Shown here one piece after another: positions 41,301 through 54,400 of a stretch of DNA of 64,000 nucleotides. The position numbers were made by a program, and so were the translations under genes. The stretch is from the human T2T-CHM13v2.0 reference genome, Homo sapiens. Under the pieces are notes generated by a model that was given only the letters and a program-made list of their open reading frames with translations, ran no database searches and was not told the DNA's origin. Position 1 is the stretch's first letter; every line of letters starts with the position of its first letter. The stretch lies in assembly GCF_009914755.1 (NCBI RefSeq), contig NC_060938.1; one strand, 5' to 3'.

Positions 41301-44300
41301 CGTTTCCAACGAAATCTTCACAGCTATCCAAATATCCACTTGCAGATTCTACAAAAAGAGTGTATCAAAACTGCTCTGTCAAAAGGAAGGTTCTTCTCTG
41401 TTAGGTGAGTGCATACGTCATAAAGGAGTTTCTGAGAATGTTTCTGTCTAGTGGTTATGGGAAGATATTTGCTTTTTCCCCGTAGGCCTCAGGGCGCTCC
41501 AAATGTCCGCTTGCACAAGCTACAAAAAGAGTGCTTCGAAGCTGCTCTCTGAAAGGGAATGTTCAACTCTATGAGTTGAATGCAAACATCACAAAGACGT
41601 TTCTGAGAATGCTTCTGTCTAGATTTGATATGAAGATATTCCCGTTTCCAACGAAATCTTCAAATCTATCCAAATGTCCACTTGCAGATTCAACAAAAAG
41701 TGTTTTTCAGAACTGCTCTATCAAAAGAAAGATCCACCTCTGTTAGCTGAGTTCAGACATCACAAACAAGTTTATGAGAATGCTTCTGTCTAGTTTTTAT
41801 TTGAAGATATTTCCTTTCTCACCATAGACCTGAAAGCTGTCCTAATGTTCACTTCCAGTTACTACAGAGTGTTTCAAAACTGCTGTACGAAAGGGAATGT
41901 TCAACTCTGTGACTTGAATGCACACATCACAAAGAAGTTTCTGAGGATGCTGCTGTCTACTTTTTATACTTAATCCCGTTTCCAACGAAATCCTCCAAGC
42001 TATCCAAATATCCACTTGCAGATTCCACAGAAAGACTGTTTCAAAACTGCTCTGTCAATAGAAAGGTTCAACTCTGTTAGCTGCGTGCATATATCCCAAA
42101 GAAGATTCTGAGATTGCTTCTGTCTAGTTTTTATGGGAAGATATTTCCCTTTTCACCGTAGGCGTCAAGGCGCTCCAAATGTCCACTTCCAGATACTACA
42201 AAAAGAGTGTTTCAAACCTACTCTGTGAAAGGGAATATTCAACTCTGTGACTTGAATGCAGATATCACAAAGAAGTTTCTGAGAATGCTTCTGTCGAGAT
42301 TTTATATGAAGATATTCCCGTTTCCAACGAAATCCTGAAATCTATCCAAATATCCCCTCGCAGATTCTACAAAAAGAGTGTTTCAAAACTGCTCTGTAAA
42401 AAGAAAGGTTCAACTCTGTTAGTTGAGTACACACATCACAAACAAGTTTCACAGAATGCTTCTTTCTAGCTTGTAGGGGAAGATATTCCCTTTATCACCA
42501 TGGGCCTCAAACCGTCCGATAAGTCCACTTCCATATACTACAAAAAGAGCGTTTCAAACCTGCTCTATGAAAGGCAATGTTCAACTCTGTGACTTGAATG
42601 CAGACATCCCAGAGCAGTTTCTGAGAATGCTTCTGTCTAGATTTTATAGGAAGATATTCCCGTTTCCAACGAAATCTTCACAGCTATCCAAATATCCACT
42701 TGCAGATTCTACAAAAAGAGTGTATCAAAACTGCTCTGTCAAAAGGAAGGTTCTTTTCTGTTAGGTGAGTGCATACGTCATAAAGGAGTTTCTGAGAATG
42801 TTTCTGTCTAGTGGTTATGGGAAGATATTTGCTTTTTCACCGTAGGCCTCAGAGCGCTCCAAATATCCACTTGCACATACTACAAAAAGAGTGCCTCAAA
42901 GCTGCTCTCTGAAACGGAATGTTCAACTCTATGAGTTGAATGCAAACATCGCAAAGACGTTTCTGAGAATGCTTCTGTCTAGATTTGATATGAAGATATT
43001 CCCGTTTCCAACGAAATCTTCAAATCTATCCAAATGTCCACTTGCAGATTCAACAAAAAGTGTTTTTCAGAACTGCTCTATCAAAAGAAAGATCCACCTC
43101 TGTTAGCTGAGTTCACACATCACAAACAAGTTTATGAGAATGCTTCTGTCTAGTTTTTATTTGAAGATATTTCCTTTCTCACCATAGAGCTGAAAGCTGT
43201 CCTAATGTTCACTTCCAGATACTACAGAAAGAGTGTTTCAAAACTGCTGTACGAAAGGGAATGTTCAACTCTGTGACTTGAATGCACACATCACAAAGAA
43301 GTTTCTGAGGATGCTGCTGTCTACTTTTTATACGTAATCCCGTTTCCAACGAAATCCTCCAAGCTATCCAAATATCCACTTGCAGATTCCACAGAAAGAC
43401 TGTTTCAAAACTGCTCTGTCAATAGAAAGGTTCAACTCTGTTAGCTGCGTGCATATATCCCAAAGAAGATTCTGAGATTGCTTCTGTCTAGTTTTTATGG
43501 GAAGATATTTCCCTTTTCACCGTAGGTGTCAAGGCGCTCCAAATGTCCACTTCCAGATACTACAAAAAGAGTGTTTCAAACCTACTCTGTGAAAGGGAAT
43601 ATTCAACTCTGTGACTCGAATGCACATATCACAAAGAAGTTTCTGAGAATGCTTCTGTCGAGATTTTATATGAAGATATTCCCGTTTCCAACGAAATGCT
43701 GAAATCTATCCAAATATCCCCTCGCAGATTCTACAAAAAGAGTGTTTCAAAACTGCTCTGTAAAAAGAAAGGTTCAACTCTGTTAGTTGAGTACACACAT
43801 CACAAATAAGTTTCACACAATGCTTCTTTCTAGCTTGTAGGGGAAGATATTCCCTTTATCACCATGGGCCTCAAACCGTCTGAAACGTCCACTTCCATAT
43901 ACTACAAAAAGAGCATTTCAAACCTGCTCTATGAAAGGCAATGTTCAACTCTGTGACTTGAATGCAGACATCACAGAGCAGTTTCTGAGAATGCTTCTGT
44001 CTAGATTTTATAGGAAGATATTCCCGTTTCCAACGAAATCTTCACAGCTATCCAAATATCCACTTGCAGATTCTACAAAAAGAGTGTATCAAAACTGCTC
44101 TGTCAAAAGGAAGGTTCTTCTCTGTTAGGTGAGTGCATACGTCATAAAGGAGTTTCTGAGAATGTTTCTGTCTAGTGGTTATGGGAAGATATTTGCTTTT
44201 TCCCCGTAGGCCTCAGGGCGCTCCAAATGTCCACTTGCACATGCTACAAAAAGAGTGCTTCAAAGCTGCTCTCTGAAAGGGAATGTTCAACTCTATGAGT

Positions 44301-47300
44301 TGAATGCAAACATCACAAAGACGTTTCTGAGAATGCTTCTGTCTAGATTTGATATGAAGATATTCCCGTTTCCAACGAAATCTTCAAATCTATCCAAATG
44401 TCCACTTGCAGATTCAACAAAAAGTGTTTTTCAGAACTGCTCTATCAAAAGAAAGATCCACCTCTGTTAGCTGAGTTCAGACATCACAAACAAGTTTATG
44501 AGAATGCTTCTGTCTAGTTTTTATTTGAAGATATTTCCTTTCTCACCATAGACCTGAAAGCTGTCCTAATGTTCACTTCCAGTTACTACGGAAAGAGTGT
44601 TTCAAAACTGCTGTACGAAAGGGAATGTTCAACTCTGTGACTTGAATGCACACATCACAAAGAAGTTTCTGAGGATGCTGCTGTCTACTTTTTATACTTA
44701 ATCCCGTTTCCAACGAAATCCTCCAAGCTATCCAAATATCCACTTGCAGATTCCACAGAAAGACTGTTTCAAAACTGCTCTGTCAATAGAAAGGTTCAAC
44801 TCTGTTAGCTGCGTGCATATATCCCAAAGAAGATTCTGAGATTGCTTCTGTCTAGTTTTTATGGGAAGATATTTCCCTTTTCACCGTAGGCGTCCAGGCG
44901 CTCCAAATGTCCACTTCCAGATACTACAAAAAGAGTGTTTCAAACCTACTCTGTGAAAGGGAATATTCAACTCTGTGACTTGAATGCACATATCACAAGG
45001 AAGTTTCTGAGAATGCTTCTGTCGAGATTTTATATGAAGATATTCCCGTTTCCAACGAAATCCTGAAATCTATCCAAATATCCCCTCGCAGATTCTACAA
45101 AAAGAGTGTTTCAAAACTGCTCTGTAAAAAGGAAGGTTCAACTCTGTTAGTTGAGTACACACATCACAAACAAGTTTCACAGAATGCTTCTTTCTAGCTT
45201 GTAGGGGAAGATATTCCCTTTATCACCATGGGCCTCCAACCGTCCGATAAGTCCACTTCCATATACTACAAAAAGAGCGTTTCAAACCTGCTCTATGAAA
45301 GGCAATGTTCAACTCTGTGACTTGAATGCAGACATCACAGAGCAGTTTCTGAGAATGCTATTGTCTAGATTTTATAGGAAGATATTCCCGTTTCCAACGA
45401 AATCTTCACAGCTATCCAAATATCCACTTGCAGATTCTACAAAAAGAGTGTATCAAAACTGCTCTGTCAAAAGGAAGGTTCTTCTCTGTTAGGTGAGTGC
45501 ATACGTCATAAAGGAGTTTCTGAGAATGTTTCTGTCTAGTGGTTATGGGAAGATATTTGCTTTTTCACCGTAGGCCTCAGAGCGCTCCAAATATCCACTT
45601 GCACATACTACAAAAAGAGTGCTTCAAAGCTGGTCTCTGAAACGGAATGTTCAACTCTATGAGTTGAATGCAAACATCACAAAGACGTTTCTGAGAATGC
45701 TTCTGTCTAGATTTGATATGAAGATATTCCCGTTTCCAACGAAATCTTCAAATCTATCCAAATGTCCACTTGCAGATTCAACAAAAAGTGTTTTTCAGAA
45801 CTGCTCTATCAAAAGAAAGATCCACCTCTGTTAGCTGAGTTCACACATCACAAACAAGTTTATGAGAATGCTTCTGTATAGTTTTTATTTGAAGATATTT
45901 CCTTTCTCACCATAGACCTGAAAGCTGTCCTAATGTTCACTTCCAGATACTACAGAAAGAGTGTTTCAAAACTGCTGTACGAAAGGGAATGTTCAACTCT
46001 GTGACTTGAATGCACACATCACAAAGAAGTTTCTGAGGATGCTGCTGTCTACTTTTTATACGTAATCCCGTTTCCAACGAAATCCTCCAAGCTATCCAAA
46101 TATCCACTTGCAGATTCCACAGAAAGGCTGTTTCAAAACTGCTCTGTCAATAGAAAGGTTCAACTCTGTTAGCTGCGTGCATATATCCCAAAGAAGATTC
46201 TGAGATTGCTTCTGTCTAGTTTTTATGGGAAGATATTTCCCTTTTCACCGTAGGTGTCAAGGCGCTCCAAATGTCCACTTCCAGATACTACAAAAAGAGT
46301 GTTTCCAACCTACTCTGTGAAAGGGAATATTCAACTCTGTGACTTGAATGCACATATCACAAAGAAGTTTCTGAGAATGCTTCTGTCGAGATTTTATATG
46401 AAGATATTCCCGTTTCCAACGAAATCCTGAAATGTATCCAAATATCCCCTCGCAGATTCTACAAAAAGAGTGTTTCAAAACTGCTCTGTAAAAAGAAAGG
46501 TTCAACTCTGTTAGTTGAGTACACACATCACAAATAAGTTTCACACAATGCTTCTTTCTAGCTTGTAGGGGAAGATATTCCCTTTATCACCATGGGCCTC
46601 AAACCGTCTGAAACGTCCACTTCCATATACTACAAAAAGAGCATTTCAAACCTGCTCTATGAAAGGCAATGTTCAACTCTGTGACTTGAATGCAGACATC
46701 ACAGAGCAGTTTCTGAGAATGCTTCTGTCTAGATTTTATAGGAAGATATTCCCGTTTCCAACGAAATCTTCACAGCTATCCAAATATCCACTTGCAGATT
46801 CTACAAAAAGAGTGTATCAAAACTGCTCTGTCAAAAGGAAGGTTCTTCTCTGTTAGGTGAGTGCATACGTCATAAAGGAGTTTCTGAGAATGTTTCTGTC
46901 TAGTGGTTATGGGAAGATATTTGCTTTTTCCCCGTAGGCCTCAGGGCGCTCCAAATGTCCACTTGCACATGCTACAAAAAGAGTGCTTCAAAGCTGCTCT
47001 CTGAAAGGGAATGTTCAACTCTATGAGTTGAATGCAAACATCACAAAGACGTTTCTGAGAATGCTTCTGTCTAGATTTGATATGAAGATATTCCCGTTTC
47101 CAACGAAATCTTCAAATCTATCCAAATGTCCACTTGCAGATTCAACAAAAAGTGTTTTTCAGAACTGCTCTATCAAAAGAAAGATCCACCTCTGTTAGCT
47201 GAGTTCAGACATCACAAACAAGTTTATGAGAATGCTTCTGTCTAGTTTTTATTTGAAGATATTTCCTTTCTCACCATAGACCTGAAAGCTGTCCTAATGT

Positions 47301-50300
47301 TCACTTCCAGTTACTACAGAAAGAGTGTTTCAAAACTGCTGTACGAAAGGGAATGTTCAACTCTGTGACTTGAATGCACACATCACAAAGAAGTTTCTGA
47401 GGATGCTGCTGTCTACTTTTTATACTTAATCCCGTTTCCAACGAAATCCTCCAAGCTATCCAAATATCCACTTGCAGATTCCACAGAAAGACTGTTTCAA
47501 AACTGCTCTGTCAATAGAAAGGTTCAACTCTGTTAGCTGCGTGCATATATCCCAAAGAAGATTCTGAGATTGCTTCTGTCTAGTTTTTATGGGAAGATAT
47601 TTCCCTTTTCACCGTAGGCGTCAAGGCGCTCCAAATGTCCACTTCCAGATACTACAAAAACAGTGTTTCAAACCTACTCTGTGAAAGGGAATATTCAACT
47701 CTGTGACTTGAATGCACATATCACAAGGAAGTTTCTGAGAATGCTTCTGTCGAGATTTTATATGAAGATATTCCCGTTTCCAACGAAATCCTGAAATCTA
47801 TCCAAATATCCCCTCGCAGATTCTACAAAAAGAGTGTTTCAAAACTGCTCTGTAAAAAGAAAGGTTCAACTCTGTTAGTTGAGTACACACATCACAAACA
47901 AGTTTCACAGAATGCTTCTTTCTAGCTTGTAGGGGAAGATATTCCCTTTATCACCATGGGCCTCCAACCGTCCGATAAGTCCACTTCCATATACTACAAA
48001 AAGAGCGTTTCAAACCTGCTCTATGAAAGGCAATGTTCAACTCTGTGACTTGAATGCAGACATCACAGAGCAGTTTCTGAGAATGCTTCTGTCTAGATTT
48101 TATAGGAAGATATTCCCGTTTCCAACGAAATCTTCACAGCTATCCAAATATCCACTTGCAGATTCTACAAAAAGAGTGTATCAAAACTGCTCTGTCAAAA
48201 GGAAGGTTCTTCTCTGTTAGGTGAGTGCATACGTCATAAAGGAGTTTCTGAGAATGTTTCTGTCTAGTGGTTATGGGAAGATATTTGCTTTTTCACCGTA
48301 GGCCTCAGAGCGCTCCAAATATCCACTTGCACATACTACAAAAAGAGTGCTTCAAAGCTGGTCTCTGAAACGGAATGTTCAACTCTATGAGTTGAATGCA
48401 AACATCACAAAGACGTTTCTGAGAATGCTTCTGTCTAGATTTGATATGAAGATATTCCCGTTTCCAACGAAATCTTCAAATCTATCCAAATGTCCACTTG
48501 CAGATTCAACAAAAAGTGTTTTTCAGAACTGCTCTATCAAAAGAAAGATCCACCTCTGTTAGCTGAGTTCACACATCACAAACAAGTTTATGAGAATGCT
48601 TCTGTCTAGTTTTTATTTGAAGATATTTCCTTTCTCACCATAGAGCTGAAAGCTGTCCTAATGTTCACTTCCAGATACTACAGAAAGAGTGTTTCAAAAC
48701 TGCTGTACGAAAGGGAATGTTCAACTCTGTGACTTGAATGCACACATCACAAAGAAGTTTCTGAGGATGCTGCTGTCTACTTTTTATACGTAATCCCGTT
48801 TCCAACGAAATCCTCCAAGCTATCCAAATATCCACTTGCAGATTCCACAGAAAGGCTGTTTCAAAACTGCTCTGTCAATAGAAAGGTTCAACTCTGTTAG
48901 CTGCGTGCATATATCCCAAAGAAGATTCTGAGATTGCTTCTGTCTAGTTTTTATGGGAAGATATTTCCCTTTTCACCGTAGGTGTCAAGGCGCTCCAAAT
49001 GTCCACTTCCAGATACTACAAAAAGAGTGTTTCCAACCTACTCTGTGAAAGGGAATATTCAACTCTGTGACTTGAATGCACATATCACAAAGAAGTTTCT
49101 GAGAATGCTTCTGTCGAGATTTTATATGAAGATATTCCCGTTTCCAACGAAATCCTGAAATGTATCCAAATATCCCCTCGCAGATTATACAAAAAGAGTG
49201 TTTCAAAACTGCTCTGTAAAAAGAAAGGTTCAACTCTGTTAGTTGAGTACACACATCACAAACAAGTTTCACACAATGCTTCTTTCTAGCTTGTAGGGGA
49301 AGATATTCCCTTTATCACCATGGGCCTCAAACCGTCTGAAACGTCCACTTCCATATACTACAAAAAGAGCATTTCAAACCTGCTCTATGAAAGGCAATGT
49401 TCAACTCTGTGACTTGAATGCAGACATCACAGAGCAGTTTCTGAGAATGCTTCTGTCTAGATTTTATAGGAAGATATTCCCGTTTCCAACGAAATCTTCA
49501 CAGCTATCCAAATATCCACTTGCAGATTCTACAAAAAGAGTGTATCAAAACTGCTCTGTCAAAAGGAAGGTTCTTCTCTGTTAGGTGAGTGCATACGTCA
49601 TAAAGGAGTTTCTGAGAATGTTTCTGTCTAGTGGTTATGGGAAGATATTTCCTTTTTCCCCGTAGGCCTCAGGGCGCTCCAAATGTCCACTTGCACATGC
49701 TACAAAAAGAGTGCTTCAAAGCTGCTCTCTGAAAGGGAATGTTCAAATCTATGAGTTGAATGCAAACATCACAAAGACGTTTCTGAGAATGCTTCTGTCT
49801 AGATTTGATATGAAGATATTCCCGTTTCCAACGAAATCTTCAAATCTATCCAAATGTCCACTTGCAGATTCAACAAAAAGTGTTTTTCAGAACTGCTCTA
49901 TCAAAAGAAAGATCCACCTCTGTTAGCTGAGTTCAGACATCACAAACAAGTTTATGAGAATGCTTCTGTCTAGTTTTTATTTGAAGATATTTCCTTTCTC
50001 ACCATAGACCTGAAAGCTGTCCTAATGTTCACTTCCAGTTACTACAGAAAGAGTGTTTCAAAACTGCTGTACGAAAGGGAATGTTCAACTCTGTGACTTG
50101 AATGCACACATCACAAAGAAGTTTCTGAGGATGCTGCTGTCTACTTTTTATACTTAATCCCGTTTCCAACGAAATCCTCCAAGCTATCCAAATATCCACT
50201 TGCAGATTCCACAGAAAGACTGTTTCAAAACTGCTCTGTCAATAGAAAGGTTCAACTCTGTTAGCTGCGTGCATATATCCCAAAGAAGATTCTGAGATTG

Positions 50301-51411
50301 CTTCTGTCTAGTTTTTATGGGAAGATATTTCCCTTTTCACCGTAGGCGTCCAGGCGCTCCAAATGTCCACTTCCAGATACTACAAAAAGAGTGTTTCAAA
50401 CCTACTCTGTGAAAGGGAATATTCAACTCTGTGACTTGAATGCACATATCACAAGGAAGTTTCTGAGAATGCTTCTGTCGAGATTTTATATGAAGATATT
50501 CCCGTTTCCAACGAAATCCTGAAATCTATCCAAATATCCCCTCGCAGATTCTACAAAAAGAGTGTTTCAAAACTGCTCTGTAAAAAGGAAGGTTCAACTC
50601 TGTTAGTTGAGTACACACATCACAAACAAGTTTCACAGAATGCTTCTTTCTAGCTTGTAGGGGAAGATATTCCCTTTATCACCATGGGCCTCAAACCGTC
50701 CGATAAGTCCACTTCCATATACTACAAAAAGAGCGTTTCAAACCTGCTCTATGAAAGGCAACGTTCAACTCTGTGACTTGAATGCAGACATCACAGAGCA
50801 GTTTCTGAGAATGCTTCTGTCTAGATTTTATAGGAAGATATTCCCGTTTCCAACGAAATCTTCACAGCTATCCAAATATCCACTTGCAGATTCTACAAAA
50901 AGAGTGTATCAAAACTGCTCTGTCAAAAGGAAGGTTCTTCTCTGTTAGGTGAGTGCATACGTCATAAAGGAGTTTCTGAGAATGTTTCTGTCTAGTGGTT
51001 ATGGGAAGATATTTGCTTTTTCCCCGTAGGCCTCAGGGCGCTCCAAATGTCCACTTGCACATGCTACAAAAAGAGTGCTTCAAAGCTGCTCTCTGAAAGG
51101 GAATGTTCAACTCTATGAGTTGAATGCAAACATCACAAAGACGTTTCTGAGAATGCTTCTGTCTAGATTTGATATGAAGATATTCCCGTTTCCAACGAAA
51201 TCTTCAAATCTATCCAAATGTCCACTTGCAGATTCAACAAAAAGTGTTTTTCAGAACTGCTCTATCAAAAGAAAGATCCACCTCTGTTAGCTGAGTTCAG
51301 ACATCACAAACAAGTTTATGAGAATGCTTCTGTCTAGTTTTTATTTGAAGATATTTCCTTTCTCACCATAGACCTGAAAGCTGTCCTAATGTTCACTTCC
51401 AGTTACTACAG
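32324..51411. repeat. Two tandem copies of a 7-HOR (9544-bp) super-repeat
   Basis: 4-bp deletion at 32323, 41867 and 51411; catcccagag HORs at 33023, 42567, 52111; gctggtct HORs at 36075/45619 and 38803/48347; tacggaaa, gctattgt and tgtatagt markers recur at +9544. Confidence 0.88.
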
Positions 51412-54400
51412 AGTGTTTCAAAACTGCTGTACGAAAGGGAATGTTCAACTCTGTGACTTGAATGCACACATCACAAAGAAGTTTCTGAGGATGCTGCTGT
51501 CTACTTTTTATACTTAATCCCGTTTCCAACGAAATCCTCCAAGCTATCCAAATATCCACTTGCAGATTCCACAGAAAGACTGTTTCAAAACTGCTCTGTC
51601 AATAGAAAGGTTCAACTCTGTTAGCTGCGTGCATATATCCCAAAGAAGATTCTGAGATTGCTTCTGTCTAGTTTTTATGGGAAGATATTTCCCTTTTCAC
51701 CGTAGGCGTCCAGGCGCTCCAAATGTCCACTTCCAGATACTACAAAAAGAGTGTTTCAAACCTACTCTGTGAAAGGGAATATTCAACTCTGTGACTTGAA
51801 TGCAGATATCACAAAGAAGTTTCTGAGAATGCTTCTGTCGAGATTTTATATGAAGATATTCCCGTTTCCAACGAAATCCTGAAATCTATCCAAATATCCC
51901 CTCGCAGATTCTACAAAAAGAGTGTTTCAAAACTGCTCTGTAAAAAGAAAGGTTCAACTCTGTTAGTTGAGTACACACATCACAAACAAGTTTCACAGAA
52001 TGCTTCTTTCTAGCTTGTAGGGGAAGATATTCCCTTTATCACCATGGGCCTCAAACCGTCCGATAAGTCCACTTCCATATACTACAAAAAGAGCGTTTCA
52101 AACCTGCTCTATGAAAGGCAATGTTCAACTCTGTGACTTGAATGCAGACATCCCAGAGCAGTTTCTGAGAATGCTTCTGTCTAGATTTTATAGGAAGATA
52201 TTCCCGTTTCCAACGAAATCTTCACAGCTATCCAAATATCCACTTGCAGATTCTACAAAAAGAGTGTATCAAAACTGCTCTGTCAAAAGGAAGGTTCTTT
52301 TCTGTTAGGTGAGTGCATACGTCATAAAGGAGTTTCTGAGAATGTTTCTGTCTAGTGGTTATGGGAAGATATTTGCTTTTTCACCGTAGGCCTCAGAGCG
52401 CTCCAAATATCCACTTGCACATACTACAAAAAGAGTGCCTCAAAGCTGCTCTCTGAAACGGAATGTTCAACTCTATGAGTTGAATGCAAACATCGCAAAG
52501 ACGTTTCTGAGAATGCTTCTGTCTAGATTTGATATGAAGATATTCCCGTTTCCAACGAAATCTTCAAATCTATCCAAATGTCCACTTGCAGATTCAAGAA
52601 AAAGTGTTTTTCAGAACTGCTCTATCAAAAGAAAGATCCACCTCTGTTAGCTGAGTTCACACATCACAAACAAGTTTATGAGAATGCTTCTGTCTAGTTT
52701 TTATTTGAAGATATTTCCTTTCTCACCATAGAGCTGAAAGCTGTCCTAATGTTCACTTCCAGATACTACAGAAAGAGTGTTTCAAAACTGCTGTACGAAA
52801 GGGAATGTTCAACTCTGTGACTTGAATGCACACATCACAAAGAAGTTTCTGAGGATGCTGCTGTCTACTTTTTATACGTAATCCCGTTTCCAACGAAATC
52901 CTCCAAGCTATCCAAATATCCACTTGCAGATTCCACAGAAAGACTGTTTCAAAACTGCTCTGTCAATAGAAAGGTTCAACTCTGTTAGCTGCGTGCATAT
53001 ATCCCAAAGAAGATTCTGAGATTGCTTCTGTCTAGTTTTTATGGGAAGATATTTCCCTTTTCACCGTAGGTGTCAAGGCGCTCCAAATGTCCACTTCCAG
53101 ATACTACAAAAAGAGTGTTTCAAACCTACTCTGTGAAAGGGAATATTCAACTCTGTGACTCGAATGCACATATCACAAAGAAGTTTCTGAGAATGCTTCT
53201 GTCGAGATTTTATATGAAGATATTCCCGTTTCCAACGAAATGCTGAAATCTATCCAAATATCCCCTCGCAGATTCTACAAAAAGAGTGTTTCAAAACTGC
53301 TCTGTAAAAAGAAAGGTTCAACTCTGTTAGTTGAGTACACACATCACAAATAAGTTTCACACAATGCTTCTTTCTAGCTTGTAGGGGAAGATATTCCCTT
53401 TATCACCATGGGCCTCAAACCGTCTGAAACGTCCACTTCCATATACTACAAAAAGAGCATTTCAAACCTGCTCTATGAAAGGCAATGTTCAACTCTGTGA
53501 CTTGAATGCAGACATCACAGAGCAGTTTCTGAGAATGCTTCTGTCTAGATTTTATAGGAAGATATTCCCGTTTCCAACGAAATCTTCACAGCTATCCAAA
53601 TATCCACTTGCAGATTCTACAAAAAGAGTGTATCAAAACTGCTCTGTCAAAAGGAAGGTTCTTCTCTGTTAGGTGAGTGCATACGTCATAAAGGAGTTTC
53701 TGAGAATGTTTCTGTCTAGTGGTTATGGGAAGATATTTGCTTTTTCCCCGTAGGCCTCAGGGCGCTCCAAATGTCCACTTGCACATGCTACAAAAAGAGT
53801 GCTTCAAAGCTGCTCTCTGAAAGGGAATGTTCAACTCTATGAGTTGAATGCAAACATCACAAAGACGTTTCTGAGAATGCTTCTGTCTAGATTTGATATG
53901 AAGATATTCCCGTTTCCAACGAAATCTTCAAATCTATCCAAATGTCCACTTGCAGATTCAACAAAAAGTGTTTTTCAGAACTGCTCTATCAAAAGAAAGA
54001 TCCACCTCTGTTAGCTGAGTTCAGACATCACAAACAAGTTTATGAGAATGCTTCTGTCTAGTTTTTATTTGAAGATATTTCCTTTCTCACCATAGACCTG
54101 AAAGCTGTCCTAATGTTCACTTCCAGTTACTACGGAAAGAGTGTTTCAAAACTGCTGTACGAAAGGGAATGTTCAACTCTGTGACTTGAATGCACACATC
54201 ACAAAGAAGTTTCTGAGGATGCTGCTGTCTACTTTTTATACTTAATCCCGTTTCCAACGAAATCCTCCAAGCTATCCAAATATCCACTTGCAGATTCCAC
54301 AGAAAGACTGTTTCAAAACTGCTCTGTCAATAGAAAGGTTCAACTCTGTTAGCTGCGTGCATATATCCCAAAGAAGATTCTGAGATTGCTTCTGTCTAGT

